A stretch of 64,000 bases of DNA from the human T2T-CHM13v2.0 reference genome, Homo sapiens: assembly GCF_009914755.1 (NCBI RefSeq), contig NC_060944.1. The stretch is one strand, 5' to 3'. This document shows, one piece after another, positions 38,584-53,243 of this stretch. A program made the translations under genes and the position numbers. Numbering within the stretch: the first letter of the stretch is position 1; every line of letters begins with the position of its first letter. The notes beneath the pieces were generated by a model. The model had not been told where the DNA came from, ran no database searches, and saw nothing but the letters and a program-made list of their open reading frames with translations.

Positions 38584-39123
38584 AACAATATTTTAATTGG
38601 CAACAGTAAGCTACAGTGCCCACGGATGCTCATATGGGTCACAAAACTATCAAAATAAAAACAGGGCAGGCGCACAAGACACATCAAGACATGCTGGACG
38701 GGGCTGTGGCCATATGGGCCTGGAAGGGGCTTCTGAGAAACCGGTGGCCTTCCACTTCTTGATCAAAGTGGCATTTGCCTTATAATAATTCATTAAGCCA
38801 TGCATTTAATTTGGGTGGTTTTCTCTATCTGTTCTAAAAAGAGTTTTTAAAAATCTTTGGGCGAATGGCCCTTAGTGTCCTGCTGCCGCGTTACATGATC
38901 AGATTATCTGGGAGTTTCCAGACAGTGCAGTGGGGGCTTGAGGCAGCCAGGGCCCTGAGGAGCTGTAGGGTGGGAGGACTCGAGGGGGCCCTGCCCCGAA
39001 TAGGCCAGGAAGAAACACTGACCTCTCACACCTACAGGCCTCGCTCTGCAGCAGGAGGACTTCCAGCCCTGCCCCTGCCTGGATCCCTGCCAAGGGCCCA
39101 GCACCGCCCGCACAGGCCTGTAC

Positions 39124-39276
39124 CTTGTGAGTCAGGGCGGCATAGAGCAGGTAGCCTGCCTGGGTATGGACGATGCCCTTGGGCATTCCGGTGCTCCCTG
39201 AGGTGTACAGCATGAAGAGCATGTCCTCACTGCCCATGCTCTCTGGGGCGCAAACAGGGTCCTCCTTGGCCATTTC
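39124..39276 (-). CDS. ACSS1: ACSS1 exon 5 (153 nt), AMP-binding signature
   Basis: cctgccAG|GAAATG...CACAAG|GTacag; [51 protein letters not shown]. Confidence 0.97.
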
Positions 39277-39649
39277 CTGGCAGGGAGAAGAAACAAACAG
39301 CCCACCGAGGGCACTCAGCCTCTCTGAGAGCAGCACTCCCCCTCCGCAGCAGGACTCCACACACAGGATTCAGAATTCACCTGCTCTGACCTGTCCAAGT
39401 TCAATTCCAAATGTGGAAAGGACACAAAACAAAAGCGTGGGTGCAAGCATTTGTGTTACAGTAAGTGTTCCAACATGCTTGTCATATAGGAGTTTTATCT
39501 TCCCAGTCAGGACTCAAGCTCACCAAATACCACAGAGGAACCCTGGGCACCTCTAGGGAACCCAAATTGAGAACCACAACCCGAGAAGCCTCAGAGCCAG
39601 CTAACTTGATATGACCTCTCCTCAAACTGTGCAAAGCGAGGTAACCCAC

Positions 39650-39825
39650 CTGCTCCAGCGGGACGTCCAGATCCCCCATGTGGACCTTGTTGTCTGTCCT
39701 GTGAGCCACCAGGACATGCTGCACGGTGGGGCAGTGCTTCACAGCCTCATCCACTATTTTCTTCAGCTCCACCACGCGCCCACCCCGGAGTCCTTGGTTG
39801 AAGGTGATAACCACCTTGCACTTGG
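39650..39825 (-). CDS. ACSS1: ACSS1 exon 4 (176 nt)
   Basis: ctctgttAG|CCAAGTGC...GAGCAG|GTgggt; AKCKVVITFNQGLRGGRVVELKKIVDEAVKHCPTVQHVLVAHRTDNKVHMGDLDVPLEQ. Confidence 0.96.
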
Positions 39826-41626
39826 CTAACAGAGACAACACAGACATTTCTGATCAGTCTCCTCCCGACTTTAACCCTCATAGCTCTGACTCACATAGGA
39901 CATCCAGGCCTAGGAGTGTGAGAAACTCAGTCCAATCTTGAGTAAAAGACTCAATGGAAAAAGTGAGGGGCTGCCTGCTCTCCAGCCTTTGTGTGCCATG
40001 AAGAAGCACCAGGCCTTTGTCCAGTTCTGAGGCTGAGGGGAAGGAACCAGAGATAAATTACTTTGAAGCTCAGCTCTTCCTCCTTGAGTCAGCAGCATAA
40101 AGACAATTTCCCAACCAGACTTCCACCTTTCTCTCCTGTCTGCCCAGGAGCAAACCCCAGGAAAGAGGCCATCATGCCACCTGCAGCAATCAAGGTGACA
40201 GAGAAATACCGAGAGGCAGAGAACAAGAAAGCTGGACAACCAGAGGCCAAGCCCAAAGGTGTCCCATGTGGCCAGGCCCTGTCTAGAGTGACTTGTGTGG
40301 GCCAAGAGCCTTCACTGTCCAGAGATCAGAAACCACACCCCAGTGGATGACTGGGAGCTGCCTGCCCACCTTACCTTCAGGAGAAGGCCCTCCTGATCCC
40401 ACACCTGCTCTTCAATGACCAATGTTGCTCAGCCAGGCCCAGGGGGAAGCCAGGAGGACCCTAGCTTCCATGGCTAACCTAGGGGTAGGCCCAGAGCAGA
40501 GAAGAGGGGTGCACGCACAGTGGGCCTCAAGACCCCAGGAAAAGGAGGTGTCCTCCACGCTGTGCCCCAGTGCGGGATGACCCAGAGGGATCACAGCTGC
40601 GGGGGGTTACTACACAGCCCCTCAGGAAGAGCCTGGGACAAATGCCCAGCTGTGACCCTGACTGGCAGGGCCTCACCCACATCCCTTGGGCCTTTCAGTC
40701 ATTCTGCACCAAAGGCCTCTTGCAGAGCTATGGGCAGAAGTGCTGGGGAACCCTCGACCAATGGCTCTCCATAATTGGGGTACAAATCCTGCAACTCCCT
40801 ACCCTTTGCATGGAGCCATTTGAGGCATGTGTGCCACATTCCCGTCCAGAGCCACCACTGCCCTACCACACTTCCAAGACAGACTCTGGCCTCAATGTCC
40901 CCTCTGGGAGAGTCCTACCTAAATAAATCTGAAAGCACTTTTGCACAACAGGCCCACCCTTTCTCCTCCTAAGAGCCCTGGAGATGTCATGGCCATGAGG
41001 GTTCCCTGAGAATTTTCCAGCACACACAGCACCATCCGGGGGTCAGAGAGATACCCTAGACCTGCCCAGATGCAGCCACCCCTGCATCTGGCACCAAGAG
41101 CCGTGGCTACACACACTCTTTGGCCTTCAAGCCTCAGCGATAGCTCACCTGGGGAAACCAAGTCAGTTGGGTGGAGCCTATCAGAGACTTTCCAGACCTA
41201 CATCCCCAAGCAGGGGTTGGTCCAGGTAAGCCCCCTATGGGCGAGGAAGGGAGATGGACCAGCAGGAAGGAATGAACCTTTCTCAAGGGGACGGGAGACA
41301 AAGAAAGCTCATGGGGGTCAGAAGCTCTCACGATACAATGACCCCAGCCCATGCAACATGCTGAAATCACACTACACAGCAGGCAGTTCCTTCCCCACCT
41401 CCCAAGGCGCACACCTCACTCCTGACTCGCACCTGTCCAGGGCCTCCCTGCCCAGTAGGCTCTCCAGGAGGTCCTCTAGGAAGTACCCAGGAGCTTCTGA
41501 GCACCATGAGCATGTCTGGCCCACTGGCGCCCTCCAAGGCTGGGCCACAGCATGGGTGCTGGCAGGAACCACATGCCACTCTGGGAGGATTCAATTTTCT
41601 CTCCCTGGTTTTGAGCAGGTACCAGC

Positions 41627-42196
41627 ATCTGCGTTCATTTTCTGCTGCTTCCATAACAAATGACCACAAACTTAGTGGCTCAGAACACTCATTTTTAGCT
41701 CAGAGTTCTGTCGTCTGGACAGGCTTGGTGGGGTTCTCTGTTAGAGTCTCACAAGGCCAAAGTCAAGGACAGGGCTGGCTCCTATGTGGTGGCTCTGGGG
41801 GAGTATCCACCTCCAGGCCATTTCAGTGGTTGGCAGAACTCAGTTCCACGCGACTGAGGGATTAAGGTCGCCTTTTCCTTGCTGACTGTCAGCCAGGGGT
41901 CATTCTCAGCGACTACAGCCACCACCTGCCCTGGTTCGTGGCCCTGTTTATCTTCAAAGCCAGCAACGGCGGGTAAAGTTGCTTTGAATCTCTCTGACCT
42001 CCCCTTCTGCTTCACTTCCTCTGCCTCTAGTTGGAGCAAGTTCTGTGCATTAAGGATGTGGGATTAGATGGAGCCCACCTGGATATCCTATTGCCTTATT
42101 CATATGTGCAAAGTCTTTCACCATGCAAGTGACATAGCACAGCTTCTGGGGGATTACAGTGTGGCCATCTGAGTGGGTCATTATTCTACCCCCACA
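41627..42196 (-). mobile_element. MLT1 (D/E-type) MaLR solo LTR
   Basis: ataacaaatgaccacaaacttagtggct...ggttggcagaactcagttcc...atcttcaaagccagcaacggc...cattattctacccccaca. Confidence 0.8.
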
Positions 42197-42411
42197 GTCT
42201 CTCTCAAAGCCATTCTCCTGACCTCTACCCTCCCCTGCAACACTCTCCACTCCTCAAGCAGCCTAAAGCAAGAGGGAAGACAAATGAAGAGGGATGGTCC
42301 AACCCTGGAAGCCAGGCCAGGGGACTGAACTCTGGAACTGCACCTGCTGACTAAGGTGGCTGCCCAGACATGTGAGAGCCTAGCGGTCAGACTCACAATA
42401 TACACCCACCT

Positions 42412-42900
42412 CCCAGTGGCCAACTGAAGATGGCTGCACATTCTTTCACCTGCTCTTATAGAGAAGCAGGATCCAGGTCTCCTCCCCTTGAATCTAGAAT
42501 GGCCACGGACTGGTTCGGCCAATCTAGTAAGGCAAGAGTGATGCCAGGCCTGTGCCAGCCTGGACTGTAGGACACTGGCAGTTGCTATTTCCTTCCTCTT
42601 GGAGCCATGTGCTGCCATGTGACAAGCCTGACTGCTAAGGCTGCAAGGCTATGAGGAAGCCCAAGTCAGCCATGTGAAGAGGCCACGTGGAGAGAAAGAC
42701 AGGCCCACCAGTCCCCAACCCTTCAAGTCAACCTGACTAATGTCCCAGATGTCATGGAGCAGAAAACAGCCATTCCCCTGTCCCCATCTGATTCCTGTCC
42801 CACAGACCCATGAAATAGAATACTAAAATTTATTGTTTTCAGTTTTATTAAACACTAAGTTTTGGAGTAGTTTGTGACACAGCAATAGAAAACCAAAACA
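42412..42900 (+). mobile_element. MLT1 (G/H-type) MaLR solo LTR
   Basis: tccccttgaatct...atgaggaagcccaag...cactaagttttggagtagtttgtgacacagcaatagaaaaccaaaaca. Confidence 0.75.
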
Positions 42901-43209
42901 GCCCCTCATTGACCCAACAGGACACAGATACCCATCTCAACAGAATCTTGTCCCCAGGAACCTGGTACCTGCAGAGCTGCACAAAAAGGCTGAAGGATAT
43001 CAGGGCAGAGTCCTCTTCAGGACAGAGTCATGGCCCCTGCCCTCCCATGCTTGGTTGTTTAGGAATTCTGAGGTTCTGGGAGCTGCCCCAGCATCCAGCT
43101 ACTAAATCCCCACATGATGAAGTCACCAAGAGTCAACTGCTATTGCTTGTTTCAAACAATCTCAACAGAAGCACTGGGTGACCATGGCCACACCAGCAAG
43201 AGAGAAAAG

Positions 43210-43345
43210 GGGCAGCTTAGCATAATGCTGAAAGCATCAACTATGGCAGCAGAATGTCTGTGTTCAACTCCTGGCTCTGTCACTTACTAGGTATGTGACC
43301 TTAGGTAAGTCACTTAAACTCTCTGTGTCTCAGTTTACCCATCTT
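43210..43345 (+). mobile_element. MIR 5' half (3' half at ~46020-46130)
   Basis: tgttcaactcctggctctgtcacttactaggtatgtgaccttaggtaagtcacttaaactctctgtgtctcagttt. Confidence 0.8.
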
Positions 43346-43357
43346 CTTCCCTTTCTA

Positions 43358-46015
<2,658 letters not shown>

Positions 46016-46942
46016 GGGGAGGGGAATAATAATAGTATTATTGCATAAAATACTTATGAAGAGTAAGGTAAATTAAAGGACATAACCTTTGTAGAGTGCT
46101 TAGAACAGTGCCTGGTACACAGTTGGTATTACAGAGTTCTAGAGAGAGGAAGAAAAAGAGAAAGAGGTAGCAGCATCACCCTTGAACGTGGGGGAAGAAA
46201 CTCTGAAAGGAAGCGGAAGGGCTTCCCAGCCTTTTATACAGAGGGAGGTCAACAGGAGTCTGAGAACTCTACCCATTAGTTCTATTTTCTATGAGGCACA
46301 AGAATTCTCAATGGCACCTAGAACCTGGCACCTGCCTTGCGAAGCCAGCTCAGGGACTCCCTCTAGGAGACAGCAGGGTGCAGAGATCAGACTGCATGGA
46401 CATAGGGCCACCATCCAGACACTCAGTCCTTTGACAACAGCAAAACAAGGAAGTTATTGTTCTGCACAATGTCCAAAACACACTGACCCACATGCAGACA
46501 GAAAGACCCCCTTCACCTGACTCCAGATCCCCAAATATGGTCCACACCTTCACTCCTCAGGATAGAAGCCTTCCAGTTGTTGACCTGTGGAACCTTCCCT
46601 GTGCATCTCCAGCCTTATCCCACCTCCACACTTCCCTCCTGCCGCACTACACCCACCTGCACTAGGCCCTCATGCTGTGCTCCTCCTCCACTTGGCCTGT
46701 GCCTCTGCTGTTCCCTCCAGCTGGAACTGTCCCTTTTTCACCTGGCTAAATCCAATGCACTCAGATCTCAGCCCACAGAACAAATTCTCATTCGGCCATG
46801 TGCCTGTCCCTAGTACGATCTGTCATTTGTCTGTGTGACATTAATGTCTGCACTCTGATGGTCTCTACACTGATGGCCAGGCCCCCAGGAACAAGGATCA
46901 GGGAACTCCAGGGTTCCTCCCTCCCCATGCCCACCTCCTCAC

Positions 46943-47142
46943 CATCATTGATCCTCCCAGCCAAGGACTCTGCACTGAAGCCAGCAAAGATGACTGTGTG
47001 GACAGCTCCGATCCTGGCACAGGCCAGCATTGCTGCCACAGCCAATGGGGACACGGGCATGTAGATGGCAACACGGTCCCCACGGTGGACTCCATGCCTC
47101 TTCAGCGTGTTGGCCAGGCGGCACGTGGTCTCCAGTAGTTCC
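46943..47142 (-). CDS. ACSS1: ACSS1 exon 3 (200 nt)
   Basis: tgctgcAG|GGAACTACTG...AATGATG|GTgagg; [66 protein letters not shown]. Confidence 0.97.
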
Positions 47143-47406
47143 CTGCAGCACAGGGAAGAGAAAGCCATCAGAGATGGAGGAGGGCCAAAATGCAGAGCAG
47201 TTTGGGGGTGGAGCAATACTGCAAATTTTATGTCATATACATCCAGCCCAGTGCCAGGAAAACAGGCACTTGAATACTTAATGCATGGAAAGTACTTTTC
47301 CAGAAAAAGAAAAGTTTTTAACATTTGTAGATTGCTATTGGCAGAGATTCACTGCCACATTGCTAGGGTGACAAGGCTATCCTTAAGTCCGCTTACGGCA
47401 GGGTTT

Positions 47407-47940
47407 TTTTAGGGGAACAGGAGCGTAGGGGAGCCATGGTGACACCATTTTAGAATCAATTCCATCTTAAAACTAGCAAGGCACATTCCTTGCCAGTCAT
47501 GACCCACAGTCATAAGATGTTTACAGCTGACGAAGTAGCTTAATACCTGCAAAGACAAACTCTTGCAACAACAGAATGTCCAGATGCCCCAATATTGCAT
47601 AATATATGCTTTTAAGATGATTATAGGCATGCTTTGATGTACTTATGCACTAAAATGCCAAGGATAGCTTTCTTTCAATCAACAAAGTAATAAATGTCAC
47701 TTCGTCAGCCTACCCGCAGGGAGACATAGCTTAGCTTTTACATAGATAAGACCCCTATATAAGAAAGAAACAAAACAGAGGCATTCCTCCTCTTGCTGAG
47801 GATGCCCTACTATGTAACTGAGAAGCTTTCAATAAACTATCTCTTTTCACTGCGCTCTGCCACTCGCCTTGGATTCCTTCCCGGCATGATCCAAGAACCC
47901 TCTCCTGGGATCCGGATGGGGACCCCTTTTTCCAGCAGCA
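47407..47940 (+). mobile_element. ERV solo LTR (MER41/MER72/LTR47-like; subfamily uncertain)
   Basis: ctccatctt-type 5' motif, TATATAA at 47756-47762, AATAAA at 47831-47836, and a U5 ending gatccaagaaccctctcctggg...ggacccctttttccagcagca. Confidence 0.8.
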
Positions 47941-48299
47941 GCTTCTCAGGGACCACAAGTGTCTGAGGCATAGATCATCATGGTTCCAAAACTTCCGAAA
48001 ATGTTTGCCTCCAAAAGAAAGACTGATCTCATAAGACATTTAGTCGAGAAACAACAGGTCCCAGATTTCTGAATCAACACAGTCGAGGGGCACCAAATAA
48101 TGCTCTCAGGGAGCAGACCCCCAAGCCCAGATAGGGCGGACTCCAGCTCTGCAAAGCCACAGTGAGTTGGGAGTGAAGACCGCAAGCAGGGCAGCCACAA
48201 CTCCCTGCAGCCCCGAGACAGCACTGGCGGGTAGAGCAAGCACCCTGCTTTCTCCCCAAGCTAGGGGACCATGGACAAGGGGAAGGGAAAGCACTGGGC

Positions 48300-49330
48300 A
48301 CAAGGTGGGTGAGCAGCACCCCCGCCCAGCCCCCATGTCGTCCACCACGTTGCCTATGTCTATGGTGTGCGCATGCCCTTCCTCTCTGGCCACTCTGGGG
48401 CCTATCACCAGGTTCACCCACCACTCAGGGCGCATCATCTCTCTGGGCAAGCTGATTGGCTCAGGGCCGACACGTGACCCAACCTGGTCCAGTCAGAGTC
48501 AACCATACTCAACTCCGGGAAAACTGGGAGCAGGCGAGAGCCGCCAACTTGCCGGCCATGCGGTGCGAAGTGGAGGAAGTGGAAGCGATCCCAAGGTTGT
48601 CTTTCCTTTCGGCGCCTCATCCCTCTGAATCTGGACCTGGCAATTGCATTAACCACTTTCCCACTCTTGCTGTACTGACTTTAATTAATTATTTGCAATA
48701 AAAAGAGCTAACACAGAACGAAGAATGAGGGGAAGCCAAGGCCCTTTCTCTCTGGGCGGGGCAGACCACCAGCCCGCGACCCCTGCCCTCTGCAGGGGCC
48801 CAGAAAGCAGACCCTCCTCGGGCTCTCAAGGCCGCTCGCAGCGTGTTTGCATAGCTCTCCTCTGTTCAAAGGGTAGTCAAGGAAAGGGCTCCCGAGAACA
48901 GTGAAGCTCAACGAGGCCACCCGGGAAACCACAGCAGAATGAAAATGAGCTGTCCGCATCACAGGCAGGGGCCTCAAGGAGGCCTTTGTTTCTTCCCAAG
49001 GCCATCTGCAGAGGGGACCACATGAGAACCAGATCGCAAGGCCAGCCCGCAGTTCTCCCCGCAGCCAGCACGCCTGCCCAGCCTGGCTCCAGCGGCCTCT
49101 TCTGTGGGATTTCATCGTTTTCCCTTCAGGCTTTCAGAAGGAGGACAAAGGCGCCTTTCAGTGGCGCCCCACCCACGCACCCCTTGCCAAGGTTTATGAT
49201 AAAAGACGGAACACTCCCCCGGAAAACCCCCAGCACCAAGCTCTACAGAATCTAGGGCTCAGAAACACTCCTGCTACTCCGGGGAGGAGGCTGGGGTGGC
49301 CTGTGACCGGCTGAAGAGGGAGCCGTGGTC
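48300..49330 (-). promoter_or_regulatory. CpG-enriched candidate internal promoter/enhancer in ACSS1 intron 2
   Basis: Local CpG enrichment around the alternative exon; GC box GGGCGGGG near 48754; CTCF-like CCTGCAGAGGGCAG (minus, 48783-48796); GGAAGT ETS cores near 48575-48583. Confidence 0.5.
48553..48620 (-). CDS. ACSS1: Probable alternative first coding exon of ACSS1 (68 nt, GC-AG donor)
   Basis: gagggATGAGGCGCCGA...CATGGCCG|GCAAGT encodes MRRRKERQPWDRFHFLHFAPHG plus CG. The phase-2 end joins exon 3 in frame (CG+G = Arg). Sits in a locally CpG-rich region. Consistent with my recollection of a shorter annotated ACSS1 isoform. Confidence 0.72.
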
Positions 49331-50640
49331 CAGAGTCACTCAACATCTTCAGCCAGATTCCGTTTTCATAGCTCTGAGAGCTTAAGCCTCGCTGCTACCA
49401 GAGATGAAGGCTTGAATTATGCTCACCAGTTAAATGGCGATGAAATTTAGTCCCTGTTCTGCAGACGGAGGGCAGCAATCTGAAGCCAAGAAAGGACACT
49501 GGACTGTCCCTACAGAAAGGCCTGGGGTAGCTTTCTGTAGTAGCTGCCTAGACATGGGAGCTTATCTTTCTGAGCTGCCATGTGACCATCTGAGAAACAG
49601 CAAGCACCCTCCACCTTGTACAGCTGTCACAAGTATTAATAAAAAGCAAGACTGACTTGGAACTCTGCCAAACATTCAGTAGCTATCGTCTTTCCCATCA
49701 GATGGAAATTCTCAGAAATCTTTGTTTGAAATCGTTTTCTAAAATGACAAAAACCAGCTAACTCACTTCAGTGAATTCCTGAGATGTTAAAAATCCCATT
49801 CTAGGCACCTTGGGAGTGAGTGGGGTGTTTGCATTTGAGAAAGGAATTGACAGGGAGAGTGTCCTCCAGGAGCACAGCTCCGATGAGGAAATGACGGCAC
49901 ATGTGAAGGTGTGCAGGGCACTGAGCAGCTCAACTTGGTGGTACAGCCACTGGGGGTGGCAGGGAAGGGCAGCAGGGAGAGCTTTCTGGATAGATTGGCT
50001 GTTGGGAGGAGGACTGGGGCAGAAAGAAGAGTGGATTTTCCCTATAGGGGCAGAAGTCACCCAGTCATTGAAGCTGGACAGCTAAACGACAGCCTCCAGG
50101 GAGGGTCTAGAGACCAGGTTTCCCTGGAAGACTGAGGGGCCTCAACATGGGCCCAAGAGCTGAAGCAGGGTCTGGTGAGTCTCACACTCTTGCTGCTGAG
50201 TCCAGAGGAGGGGCTCCTGATGAAGGATTTGATCCGGTAAATCTCAGAGCTCTCTCCCTTCCTATTTTCTCTGCCAAGGTCATAAACCTTGAAGTGGAAA
50301 GGATCCTTGGACGTCAGGCGGTGCAGCCTCCTTGAGGTTCTGAAATCTGGCAGCCACATTCTGGCCTACAGCAGTCCAGCCTCTACTTAATCATCACACT
50401 GCCAGAGCTCACCTCATGGGGCCACATCTCTGTCACTTTAATAGGGAAACAGTCTACCAAAAATTGGACCAAGATTTGCAGCTCTTCAAACTCCACCCCT
50501 TAGTCCTACCTCAGACCTTTAAAGCTTCCCAGAATAAATCTAATTTCTCAATGACAGCCCTTCAAATTCCTGAATACTCCTTGCCCCTCATCCTCTTGGA
50601 AGCTTTTCCTCCCCAGGTTCTCTGGTCGAGCCCTCCATGA

Positions 50641-51378
<738 letters not shown>

Positions 51379-51559
51379 GACCATATGCATTTTTAAAATA
51401 CCTGACAGGTGGCTCAAATTCAACATGAGGTCACTAACCTGCACCCTCCCAACTCCTAATACATGTAACAGATGCCCTTTAACTAGGGCTTGCTCCTATT
51501 ATGGCCATGGAAATGTTTTGTGTTTTTTTAAAGCAGGCTTTCCATTTATCCCAATCTAA

Positions 51560-51981
<422 letters not shown>

Positions 51982-52856
51982 TAGGTCTTCAAATCATTGA
52001 AAAATAAATGTTGTTCAAGTAAGTGATCCTGCCATTCCAAGTACTCAGGAACCATTTGAAAGCATGTTTTTGGATATTCATAATTTCTCAGACTTCCACA
52101 AACCGAAATGTTACTGTTTCTGTATCAGAAAGATAATGCAGCCACTCAGTGACTGGTGCCTTGGGCTACAGTTGCAGGAAACAGTGGCTTCCTCACTACC
52201 TGCAGGATCCTCTTATGTAGCACCCTAGTGGGTTTCCAAAGCACGGGGACATGCAGCTTTCTGAGTCACTAAAATGAGTTAGAGTTTTACTTTTAAGTCC
52301 AAGAAGAAATATAACACTTGTTGTTCAGGTACTGAGCAGGATATTTAGGTTTGTCTGCAGTGTACTCTGCCGGGTCAAGCTTTTGGTGCAGACGTATGCA
52401 AATGATGTGCACAAAAATACAAATGTGGCCTTGTGTTCCTGGTGCTTAACACTAGGAAAACGCTGACTGGCCTTGGGGAAGGAAGAAGACTTATTACCAA
52501 CTCTTAACATCAATTGGGAATAACTTTTATCCAATGCTAAAGATACAATCTGACTGCAAGTAATTGTGACCAACACGATAACTGCCTGAACTCAGACGGT
52601 ACAACTGCACCCCTGCCCCCCACCCCCCGCCTCAGAATTTAAAATTAGTCCAAAACAGGAAACAGCTGGAAACAGAGTTCAGAGAAAAGAGAGGAAGAAA
52701 TACACTGGTATTTATTTTTTCATCTGTCTTTCAATCAGAGCTAGTTTTGTCACGGTTAATATTGAAAGTGTCTTTTCCTCCTAGACATTTCCTGATGAAG
52801 GCCCAGGATAAGTAAGTCCTGTGTGTGCTCTCGTGTTTAAGAAATAAACAAATTGA

Positions 52857-53136
<280 letters not shown>

Positions 53137-53150
<14 letters not shown>

Positions 53151-53243
53151 AAGAAGAAGAAAGAAAGAAAAAGAAAGAAAGAAGAAAGAAAGGAAGGAAG
53201 GAAGGAAGGAAGGAAGGAAAGAAAGAAAGAGGGAAAGAAAGAA
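53137..53243 (+). repeat. Compound A / AAG / AAAG / AAGG microsatellite from the Alu tail
   Basis: About 107 nt of uninterrupted purines. Confidence 0.95.
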
